A stretch of DNA of 63,892 bases, counting the filler, from Nemertoderma westbladi (lineage: Eukaryota; Animalia; Xenacoelomorpha): NCBI GenBank assembly GCA_032718475.1. It is 4 parts of 4 records of this genome, joined end to end, with 100 filler letters (N's around TTAATTAATTAA, not from the genome) between each part and the next. Parts side by side here need not be neighbours in the genome. Positions count along the whole stretch, not along the records: positions 1 to 20,169 come from JAUCBJ010005819.1; 3 more parts are not named here. One strand, given 5' to 3'. Shown here one piece after another: positions 1-10,900 of the stretch. The notes under the pieces were generated by a model. The model worked only from the letters and a program-made list of their open reading frames with translations, did not search any database and was not told the origin of the DNA. Position numbers and translations under genes: made by a program. The first letter of the stretch is position 1. Each line of letters opens with the position of its first letter.

Positions 1-553
1 AGCTTATTACATAGCCAGCTTATAGCCTATATTATATAATCTCTCAACCAGTTTAATAGTCTGTAATGTAAAGCAATGAAATGGAGCCCAATTGACCACT
101 GCAGGGGGGCGCCCTCTGGCTCCTGCCTTGGTTTGTTTCTGTGCTTTGATTAGACGACGTCGCTGTGCCTTGCCTGTCAAGCACGGTTCAATATCTACCA
201 ATGAAAGATAGTATACATAAGATAGGCACTCTGACTCTGATGTAATATAATGAATTATGTATTTTTTTCTGGGTACACTGACCAACGTGATTGGATATTG
301 CGTAGCTTGTCTTGCCGAGTCACAACTAAATAACCTGTGGGTGGCTATGTATTTTAATTCAATATTATTATTAATACCATGAAAATTACTTTGAAATGTA
401 ATTAATTAGAACATTAATTTTTTTTAACAAAAAAAACGTTTTTTTTTTGACTTTCAATAAATCAAAAAAGTGTATTTAATAATGTACCGGTACCATAATT
501 AGTTCAATTTCAAAATGTGGCAGTTTATAAAATAATATACCATGGTGTGGGGT

Positions 554-1044
554 GGGGGATTGTTTCACGAAGCGACATTTAACTAAATGGAAATCGCCGA
601 TTTGTAAATAAGGTATTTAAAAAACGGAAGCACATTTAAATTTTACGTCCCTTAATTTAAATGACATGAATTGAAATTTGCCTACTGTCATTTTGCAATA
701 CTTTTATGTTATCAATACATGTTGTTATGATTCCATGGTAGTAGGGCCTATAGTACTAGTTTTTAAGAATAAGTTAACTGTTCTTAATAGAAATATTATT
801 AAATTTACTGAAAAGCCATGACAGCATGACGACCAGACCAGTTGCTATGCCGTATAACTATTATTATGTTAATGAGTTTAAATGACACATCATTACGTAA
901 ATGATTTAAAGCTAAATGACAGGGGGATAAATGACACGCGAATAGCAGTTTCTTGAAACATAAAAACTTTCTGTTATAATTAAAGTATTATTTTTAATCT
1001 TTCCAATTAAGCCAAATTAAATGACCGTATGTAAAACAGTCCCC
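554..1044. mobile_element. Non-autonomous TIR element (MITE-like)
   Basis: Imperfect terminal inverted repeats GGGGATTGTTTCAC(G) ... GTAAAACAGTCCCC, internal repeated AAATGAC motifs, no ORF. Confidence 0.45.
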
Positions 1045-1280
1045 TCAGTTTAATTATAATATTAATTTAATTTATTAATTCAATTTCATTTGTAATTTCA
1101 GTAACTTACTTTATAACTATGATTTTATCATATTAATTCTTAATAGCGGATTTTCTAAATTACTCATCTTTACTGGGGGGGGGGGGGGGGGGGGGGGGCT
1201 TTACTGGGGGAATGAACATGTACTGGTGCGCATTACTCAGAATGAGTAGTATACCGACTACTGTACTACAGGCTACAGGT

Positions 1281-1606
1281 TGGGTGCAACCTTCGCCCGA
1301 GTACAACCTTCGCCCGCGTCCACACTTCACCCCGGGGAAAACCTTCGCCCGCAAGGCAATCTTCCACCGCGAACAACCTTCGCCCAATAAGATTTGTGTT
1401 AGTAACCATTTTAGTTACCAATTAAGGGAAAGGAGCAGGTTACAGAGACGGCTTCTTCTAACCAAAACAATAAACGATGTTGTTACCAATTTAAGGTAAG
1501 GAGCAGGTTACAGAAACGGCTTTTTCTAACCAAAACAATAATTGTTTAGTTGGCGATGGTTGCTCGCGGGAGAAGATTGTCTGCGGGCGAAGTTTGCTGC
1601 GTACCC
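1281..1606. mobile_element. Foldback element with CCTTCGCCCG sub-repeats and two copies of a shared ~55-bp core
   Basis: Left arm has repeated AACCTTCGCCCG; right arm has the inverse (CGGGCGAAGTT...ACCC). The core GGAGCAGGTTACAG...CTAACCAAAACAATAA is duplicated at ~1420 and ~1490. Confidence 0.6.
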
Positions 1607-1809
1607 TACTAAACATTACACATCACGTGTGGCGGGCATTTTGTTAAAATTCCAAACAATCACACCTGGACTACGCTGGGGGGGGGGGGGGGGGCTCTTC
1701 CCCCACACCCACAACTACTATAAATATGAATTACAATTTGGGGTCTGGGACCCTACCGTGGGAAATTCCTGGCTACGCGGCTGGTGGCATTTAAAGGGGG
1801 CTAACCAGT

Positions 1810-2310
1810 AACCGGTCTATAGTTCTCTTGTCTTCCGCTAGAGAGCGAAATGCCTGAAAATGAAATTATTGACCCATTCCGTTATTTATGATCCATAAAA
1901 ACTGAAAGTTGTCAGATATGTGCTAGAACACATCCTGTATCTTTGTGCGGGTCTCTGTAATCGGTCAGTCTGCAGTTTTCCAGTATGTCGCTAGAGGGCG
2001 AAATGTATGAAAGTATTAACCTTCCAGTTCCTTTGATCTTAATCTGTTTAAAGCTGAATCTTGGCAAATATGTACCAGACCACATGGTTCGTCTGTGTGA
2101 AGAATTTGATCGGTTCTCAGTTCTCCAGTTTGCCGCTAGAGGTTGAAATGTCTGAAAAGGAAAACTTTCTCTCATTTGGTTATTTTTTATCCATTCAAGC
2201 TGATACTTGGCAGACATGCTAGACCGTAGACCATACATAGGTAGCATCTTTGTTGGGATGGTATTCTCTCAGCAGTGCTCCAGTCTACCGCTAGTGGGCT
2301 GAAATTAAAC
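1810..2310. repeat. Diverged ~150-bp tandem repeat with CCGCTAGAGGGCG-like motif
   Basis: Motif variants at 1835, 1988, 2133 and 2288, spaced 145-155 bp, each followed by GAAAT. Confidence 0.6.
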
Positions 2311-2389
2311 ATTTTAGATATGTGTGAAATTAAAACGTCAGCCCTTTCATATTATTGTTTATATTCCTTTTCCTGATACCTGGCACATA

Positions 2390-2680
2390 GGTCATACCTT
2401 GGTGTAGTGGTTGCATAGAATTCACATCTCTAGTAGGTCGTGGGTTCGATCCACGCATGGGCCAGGGCAGTTTTCGTTTCGGTACGAATGCTTTAAAGGG
2501 ACCAGCCAGGGCGCATCTCTGCCTTGCATCCTTAAATGAGTACTGCTGAAGTTTACTCTGAGGAGTATAGTTGATAGTTCTGGGGGACCGCACTGGAATT
2601 AAGTCGCCAGACTTTGTGCGTAATCCCTGGCCTAATAGTCGAAGAAAATGTAGGCCTGCTTTTTACTTTTACATTTACAT
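2390..2680 (+). mobile_element. tRNA-derived SINE (copy 1)
   Basis: Pol III A box TGGTGTAGTGG (2400) and B box GGTTCGATCC (2443), TTTAC-type tail; closely similar copy at 27297. Confidence 0.88.
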
Positions 2681-3314
2681 ATATTCATTTCTCTAAGACC
2701 TCTTATTACATTTATATATATTCTAGACATCAGACTGAGTTTTTGTGAAGTCTTAAATCGATTGCAATTACTCAGTCTGCCTGCCTCTAGGTGTTATTGT
2801 GACTAGGGGACATGTTTACATTTTGAAAATATTTCTTTCGGGTTGACACTTAACATAAGTTCAAGTCACGTGCTGCGCGAAGGCCCCACTTCGTGTTATA
2901 CAAGATTTACTTGAATGTACGTATGTACTAACTATACTGGAGTTATTTAAAAAGCACAGTAGGCCCACATCGCAAAGTATACCTACAGCGGTAGGACTAA
3001 AAACCCAAACGGTACCCAAACGGATCCAAACGGTGAAATGCGGAGTTATATCGGACTCATTCATATCACAACGGTGTGGCGAAAAGATCTGAAAATACAA
3101 TTTACGAAGATTGTGAAGAAAAACGGAAAGAAAATATTTGACTTAAAATGCTTAATTAATTAAGTAAAACCTGAATTGATGTTCTGCATGCCTAGATGTA
3201 CTGATATAGGATGGTACCGGTACAAAGTACTTTCAGTTTGTCAGTACAGCAGTATAACTCCATAAATCTGAGTGTGGGTACTATTTGGGTAAGTTCCAAT
3301 ATTTTGATGATAAA

Positions 3315-3655
3315 ATCGCCACAACGGAGTTTATAGTTGCCACAACGGGGGAAGCAATCGCCACAACAGATGTTATAGCTGCCACAACGGGGGACACAAT
3401 CGCCCCAACAGATGCTATAGTTGCCATAACGGGTGATACAATCGCCACAAGAGATGCTATAGTTGCCACAATGGGGAAACAATCGACACAACAGATGCTA
3501 TACTATAGTTGCCACAACGGATGATACAATCGCCACAACAGATGCTATAGTTGCCACAACGGGGGAAATAATCGTCACAACAAATGCTATAGTTGCCACA
3601 ATGGGGGAAACAATCGCCGCAACGGATGCTCTAGTTGCCACAACGAAGGAAACAA
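3315..3655. repeat. 42-bp (2x21) minisatellite
   Basis: Unit ATCGCCACAACAGATGCTATAGTTGCCACAACGGGGGAAACA, about 8 copies. Confidence 0.9.
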
Positions 3656-3911
3656 TATATTTTTCTATATTTTCTATATTTTTCAACACTCTATATTTTT
3701 ACTCTCGATATTTTTCAACACTCGATATTTTTACTCTCGATATTTTTCAACACTCGGTATTTTTACTGTCGATATTTTTACCTTCGATATTTTTACTCTC
3801 GATATTTTTTGAACTCTCGATATTATCGTTATTTTTCAACACTCGATGTTTTTACTCGCGTTATTTTTACTCTCGATATTTTTCATGTCTCGATATTTTT
3901 CAATATAACCG
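3655..3911. repeat. 15-bp ATATTTTTACTCTCG repeat array (element arm)
   Basis: Same unit and same terminus (CGATATTTTTCAATATAACC) as the array at 38133-39313. Confidence 0.85.
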
Positions 3912-4603
3912 CCCCTACGGTTATTTTGATATATCATTATTTCATAATAATTATTATCATTATTTCATAATAATGATAAATAATAAAAAATATCCTTGAA
4001 AAAAAAATAAAAATAAAACTGCAGAGTATTTCCAAACACCTGGTACCGGGAGCATAGAACAAAACACGTAGTATACTACTACTACTAATTCGAGCGAACT
4101 CGGACTGTGCGGAAATGAGATCCTTCCAGGCTTCCCGAACACGTAGTATATAAACACAGACCATGTTGCCAACTACAGTACCGTTAGCTGTAAGCAGTGC
4201 ACTGATTCTGCTTCCTGAATATGGGCAAATACGTCCCACATACTGAAATACGGCAGTACGGTAGCCTACGGTCAGACAGTCTGACAGTAGGCTACGGGAA
4301 TTCTTTCAAATACGTACACATACGGTAAAAAGACAAACCCCAATTTCTGGCTGTCACGTCAGGTGTCAGGTGCGCGGTGATCTCAAAACAACAAAGCGTA
4401 CAAAATGCATGAATTCCAACTGTCCAACCTGGCATACCGGTACACTTATACAGTACCGCCACCGCCACCGGTACCTGGCAGCCAGGTGCCAGGATAAGGC
4501 TGTAAGTAAGGGCGGTCCAGGATAATGGATAAGGGTTCTTTAAAAATATTATAAAATTCATTAGGGCCTATCCGGATATCAGTGAATAGTGAATTTCAAC
4601 TAA

Positions 4604-4755
4604 ATGCCAGAATGCCAAAGCTGCAAAGTGCCTTTGGGGAACTTTTACACATTACAGTAGGCCTATTACTGTATTACGTTACCTGTTAGTGTTACCGGGT
4701 GCCAGGTTACTGTATTAAGGTTTCCCCCAAAAGCACTCAGGCATTTTGGCATTCA
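4604..4755. mobile_element. Small palindromic MITE-like element
   Basis: ATGCCAGAATGCC..AGTGCCTTTGGGGAAC is mirrored by GTTTCCCCCAAAAGCACT..GGCATTTTGGCAT. Confidence 0.5.
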
Positions 4756-6334
4756 CGCTGGTCAACTGCTGGCTATTATTTAGGTATGGGTGCCGTCGCC
4801 GTGCCAGGCTGCCGGGAGGGCGCGGCGCGCGGGTGCCACAAGACAGGAGACAGCCGAACAGATCTGCCACAACCAATCTAATACTCATCATCAGATCATA
4901 TGGGTGTCTAACTCTAAACTAATCTGCCAAACAAGGAGGAAAGTTAGGCTGCTACGTACCGGTAACATGTTAGCATGGTATACCATTCACCATTGGATAG
5001 ATGACCAGTCAGCCAGTGGAGCAGTCGTTATACTGTTATAGGCCTAGCCTACAGACAGACAGACATACAGACTTCATGACGACAAGCAAGTGGCAAGTAC
5101 AGGTAAAGCCGACTTCATATGGCGGCCACGTTAATTGATGTTAGGGCAAGCCAATGAATACCATTGTTGGGTCCGTCTAAAAGCCAGAAAGCCACATCAT
5201 CATAGTGGCAAGGCGGCTTCCACAAAGTGGTAAGCGGCGTCCACAAAGTGGTCAGGTGGTAGATGGTAGGCAGCACTCTGCTGGTCATAGCAATAGATCA
5301 ATAATTCGAGTCTTAGGTTGACCTAATACATTTGGCTTGTTATTCGTAGTGGCAAGATAAGATCCATCCAGAATTATTAATATTGACTGCAGGACTGCGT
5401 CTTTGCATTGTAGCGCTTTGTAGCAGTGTAGTGAGTGTTAGGTTCTATCACATTTGAGGCACAGTGACAAACAAACACCTTTTTTTTACTTAATTATGTA
5501 ATTTATAAGTATAGGCCTAAGTAATTTTTAATTAATCGATCATTTTTTCTACGTTTTTTAAGTCAAATTATTATTAAGCAATTATCAGATTAATTTATTA
5601 CCGGTACTGTATTGCAGAGCATATTTTTAGGAATTGTGGCATTTTGTACAATAATAAATCAATTTGCAGTTTATGGCATTTATTAATGTAATAATATATT
5701 GTATAATTCAATGTCTGGAATAAAAATGAAATGAAAATGAATTAGTAGTTAGGTAATTAGCAGTTTTAGTTAATTAGGTAATTATATGCAATATTACAGT
5801 GCAATATATGCTACCGGTAATCAAGTATTTTAATATTACTACTATTACCATGGACTGGACATAGGTGAATTAACAAACTTTTGAAAACAGTATAAGTGGT
5901 TCGCCACGGGCATAGGGGAATCGACCAAAAAATTTCTTACCACTGAGCCTCAAATGTGATAATACCGAGTGGTTAAGTTTACAATAATATTTGAGGAATG
6001 GATGAATGAATGACGGTTATTGAAAATAAGATATAATTGGCAGATTGGTTGTACTGTTGTATCAAACACATATCTCATTGTATTATACTATACTTTTTTA
6101 AAACATGTACAAACAAGTAATATATTACGGATTATTTAAAATATAATTAATCTACTGTAAACGTGTGGGGCTGTCTAAAAAGAATAAACGGAACTCAGTG
6201 AAATGGGGTTAAAATGTCGGACGTGATGATAACACAGAGCGAAATGAAATAAAAAAAAACAAATTAAAATTAAATAAATTCGGAATTTTTTATTTAAAAT
6301 AAAGAATTTAAATTTAAAAAATATCAGTTTTAAA

Positions 6335-6495
6335 TTTCTTCCCAGTTTAGTTCTATAAAACATGTACAGCATTCCTCTAACAGAGTTAGTGTTTTTTCGT
6401 CTCTATATTCGCCGACGCAGGCGGGGTGCATCCAGTTGGTGCAGCGGCTACATTGCACCCACAGGCCATCAGAGCGTGTCCAACATTGCGTATAA
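6335..6495 (-). pseudogene. PHD-finger coding remnant (copy A)
   Basis: Minus strand reads YTQCWTRSDGLWVQCSRCTNWMHPACVGEYRDEKTLTLLEE, followed by a small deletion; C4HC3 PHD pattern. Confidence 0.65.
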
Positions 6496-7096
6496 TATTA
6501 TTGTACAATATTGCTACAATATTGTAATTCAATATTTAGATGTGTTCGTTGTATTTAAATTACATTTATCCTTGAGCAGTTCAGTGACTTGAGTAAAAAT
6601 GTAATACCACCTCGCTGCCTAGCTCTCCATTAAACAATATATAAATAAACCTTTCTGAGTTTTAAATATGAGTTTAGTATACCGTATGTCATGTTTATGT
6701 CAATAAAAATAGTTTTATTTCACTATTTTACCATCACCGTCATCATTCCACGTTTCTGGAAATAATTATTTTTAAATTATGCATTATACTGTATTATATA
6801 TTTTTTATTAAATTAAATTAAATTACTTAATTTTTTTACTAGATGAACCACTTGTTTTAAAAAACCATTTACCCCGCTGGGGGTGAATAGATTATTATTA
6901 TTAGGCATATATATTTTTTATTTGGTCTACCACGAGCCGTTTTTATTTTTATTTCTGTTTTATTTTGAAATGTTTATGTATCAAGGTATATGTTGTTACA
7001 TTTTATACTTGAATTATGTTTAGCCTATTTGCAGTAGGCCTACAATTCCTATTGTTTATGTTTAGCCTATTTACAGTACAATTTTAATAGAGTGTA

Positions 7097-7127
<31 letters not shown>

Positions 7128-7149
7128 AATTCGACAATAGATATCTGTT

Positions 7150-7272
7150 AGGGTATAAAATTCTTCCCAGTTTAGTTCTACGAAACATTTTGGACAGTGC
7201 CATTCTTCTAACAGGGTTAGTGTATTTGCGTCTCTATATTTGCCGACACAGGCGGGGTGCATCCAATGATCG
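7150..7272 (-). pseudogene. PHD-finger coding remnant (copy B)
   Basis: WMHPACVGKYRDANTLTLLEEWHCPKCFVELNWEEF is the second half of a PHD finger and paralogous to 6335-6495. Confidence 0.65.
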
Positions 7273-7569
7273 AAATATATTTTAAAACAAATCTGTATCG
7301 CAGGTGTATCATAGATTACGGGATTAGACTGTAATTAAGTTAAATATAGATGAAGGTTGACGAGAGGGCGGAGCCATTGGTGGAAGTGCATTCTAAGGGA
7401 GCTACGATTGGATGATTAATTACTGTTTTCCTATTGGCTGTGGCAGAGGCAGATCTGTTAGGCTGTCTCTAATGTTTTCTGGCGGGTGCCGAAGTTCCTT
7501 TTTAGAACTATTTGCAGATTCGTGTGAGACGTAAATAAGCAGGGACTGGTTACTTATAGGGCTGTCTGG

Positions 7570-7762
7570 CTGTAGGGGACCCTCCTGAATGCAGACAGCT
7601 TTCTGCATTTTTTTACAATTTTCTGCTTTTGTTTTTCATATGGTTTATTGTTTTGGTTCCTTTTGACTACCAATGTAACCTGCTCCTTTACTTTTTGATT
7701 TTTTTTATGATTTTTTGTGATTCTGAAATCAGCATTCAGGAGGGCTGGAGGGTCCCCTATCA
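7570..7762. mobile_element. Small foldback element with degenerate shared core
   Basis: TAGGGGACCCTCCTGAATGC is mirrored by GCATTCAGGAGGG..GGAGGGTCCCCTA; the centre contains GTTTATTGTTTTGGTT..TGTAACCTGCTCCTTT. Confidence 0.6.
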
Positions 7763-7913
7763 GTCTATACTGCTATGCTATATCGCTATGCTACGTAACC
7801 AGCAGCTGAGCAGACCAGTGCCAACTTTTTTTATCATACGGTATTTTTACGGTAATTGACAAAGTGAGAATTTTATTTCGCCTTCTGTAGGCATATTACC
7901 GGTAGGCCTAGCC

Positions 7914-10900
7914 ATGTCTATTAATTCTGATGGCTGTATAATTTTCTTTGTTAATGGAGAAAGGCATGAAATTCCTGCTTCCACGCTTCTTTTGGCACCC
8001 CGGGTGAATCTCCTTCACTATCTACGCAATGATTTGGGGCTAAAAGGTTGTAAACCTGCATGTGAGACAGGGGGGTGCGGTGCTTGCAATGTCACTGTAT
8101 CAAAATTTAATGGAACACTAAACATTGTGGAACACAAAGTAGTTGCTGCATGTTTATTTCCACTGGTGCGATGTCATCTCGCTGATGTTACTACAATCGA
8201 AGGGTTAGGCAATTCAAAACATCCACATGTCCTCCAACAACGACTGGCAACTACCCACGGTACTCAGTGTGGTTATTGCAGCCCCGGCATGATTATGTCC
8301 ATGTACAGTTTACTGCGGGAGAATCCAAACCCAACTACTTTGGATATAGAAGATACTCTGAAGGGAAATCTGTGCCGGTGTACTGGGTACCGACCTATTA
8401 TTGAAGCGTTTCAATCATTTACAGACCAAGAAGAAGAATGCAAGGAATCTCCATTGAATGATTATAAGAATTACATGAAATATTCAGATTCCTCAAACCC
8501 AACTTTTCCTGATGAACTTATTGAGTTGACAAGGGTCCAGGGTGATGTTGAATTGGAAGGATGTGGTCGTCAGTTATTCTTGCCTATTTCTCTTGACTCC
8601 CTCATTGTTTGTAAAGCAACTCACCCAAGTGCTACCCTCTATGGCGGAAAGATAACTCCAATTCCAAGTTTGCATGAAACCCAAATAAGTATTATTACCG
8701 AAAACGTGGGAGATCTTCATGAAGTAAAGTATCAAGAAGATGGTATAAATATTGGATCTGCAGTGACTATTTCCCAGCTAAGGATGCATTTGTTAAGGGA
8801 AGACATAAATGAAGCCCATCCTGTACTGTGCAAGTCTTTACTGCAGGCTTGTCAAGCAATTCTCAAGCATATAAGAGACATGGGGACTGTCATTGGTAAT
8901 ATATTATGCCCTGACATTTCCAACTCTGATTTTGTTCCTTTGCTTGTCGCTTGTTCTGCGTTATTGAATGTAATCAATTGTGAAACAAAGTCATCCAAAA
9001 TAATCCCTATTAATTCATCCTTTTATAATAGACCTACTGTCACCACTGGTAATATATTGAATGACATGGACCTTGTTGTCAGCTTATTCATACCGAGATG
9101 TGTGAGTGATACAAACCTATTTACGTATCGTATGTGGCCCAAACCTGTCACCATCAAATTTTCACGCATATCCTGTGGAATAAAATTGGTGTGTGACAAT
9201 AATAATATTGTAAAAGATCTTATTATGGTGTTCGGTGGTGTAAAAGGTGGGTTTCTTGTTGCCCATAAAGCTGCTTCTGTAGCAATAGGGACAAAGTGGA
9301 ATGAACATGTTTGGAGGGCTATTATTGCTGAGCTGCACATTGAGTTTAAGGATGTAATTTCTGAATACCAACTATATCTCACTGTTGGGTTATTTCAAAG
9401 GTTTGTTGAATATTGTGATAATGGTTGCCAATATTACAATCTCCCTCCAATGAAGAAATCGCTCCAAACTATTGGTGATTGGCACAAGGATTCAAAGTAC
9501 ATTGGAAAGCCAGTAATTCATCATGCTGCTGTTACTCATTGTACTGGCGAATCCGTTTATGTTGGAGATATTTCTGAATTCGGCAATGAATTACATTGCG
9601 CTTTTGTTACAAGTACCAAGGCACATGCCAAGATTCTCTCAGTGAATGTGGCGTCAGCGAGAGCTTTAGAAGGCTTTGTATCGTATTATGACTACACTGA
9701 TGTTCCGGGAGAAAATGATTTTGATGATCATACTGCTTTTGCTAAGGATTGTGTTAATTTTGTGGGACAAATCATTGGTGTTGTTGTTGGTACGACTGTA
9801 ACAGCTGCAAGGAAAGCGGCAATGTCAATAGAGGTACAATATGAAGAGCTTGATGCGATAACAACCATGGAAGAGGCCATTAAAAAGGAATCTTTCTTCG
9901 AAACACCCACCATCCACACTGTTGGAAATGTAGGTGAATCATTCAAGCATTGCGACCATGTTATTGAGGGTGAACTCAAAGTGCATGCGCAGTGTCATGT
10001 GTACATGGAGAATGTCGGTTGTATTTGTGTTCCTTCTGGTGAGAATGATGAATTAGTTCTCTATACAACGACGCAGGACTCATCCTCAACACAGAGGTTT
10101 GTTTCTGACTTGTTGGGAATATCACGAAATAAGGTTGTTGTCAAAATAAAGAGGATCGGTGGAGGTTTTGGGGGTAAAGAACTGAAACCACTACCTGCGG
10201 TGGGCTCAGCAGCATTGGCTGCTTACAAATTAAACCGAGCTGTTCGATGTATCTTTACGAGAGACGACGATTTTTTGATGGTTGGTTACCGGACGCCGCT
10301 ACTTTGTAGGTACAAAGTTGGCTGCACCTCAGATGGACGCATTCTCTGTGTAGATGCGAAGGTTTATGCCGATTGCGGTTTTAAATGCAACATTAATCTT
10401 GGCCTCCTTGAGTATATGTATAATTTCTTGGGCAACGTATTTTGTATTCCAAACAGCGTTTTTGAATTGCAGGTTTGCAAAACAAATTGGCCCCAAAATG
10501 TCGCGATGCGCGGTGTTTCACTGATTGGCGGCGCATGGTTTGTAGATAATTGGATTCATGACATAGCTATCAAGTGTAACTTACCATTTGAGCAAGTAAA
10601 GTCTGCAAATTTCTATACATTGGGTGATGTTATGCCATTTATCGAGGGAGGAAAAATAGTTGAAGAATTAAATGCTCAACTTTGTTGGGAACGCTGTTTG
10701 AAAATTAGTAACTTTTATGACCGTCAAAAAGAAGTGGCTGAGTTTAATTCAAAGAACAAATACACCAAACGCGGAATCTATATAATGGTGAAGTCATTTG
10801 GGGTAACTATGGCAGCTCCGTCATTTCTGGTCCCTTTATGTCAATCTAGTTCACTGGTCTGCATCTACACTGACGGATCTGTCAGTGTCAATCACCACGG

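Noticed and set aside
2390-2465. tRNA gene
   Set aside because: A and B boxes are present, but there is no convincing cloverleaf and the sequence continues into a SINE body found three times.
3192-3999. ORFs in the 42-bp and 15-bp repeats (also 38031-39324 and 40021-40516)
   Set aside because: Translations of tandem repeats with no domain content.
6335-7272. RAG2-like gene from the PHD remnants
   Set aside because: No kelch repeats, RAG1-like ORF or RSS-like TIRs nearby; the 5-bp-TSD element is on a different contig.
9023-9979. Antisense ORFs within the oxidase gene (and within TTC17, Sola and LINE ORFs)
   Set aside because: Shadow ORFs of real coding strands.
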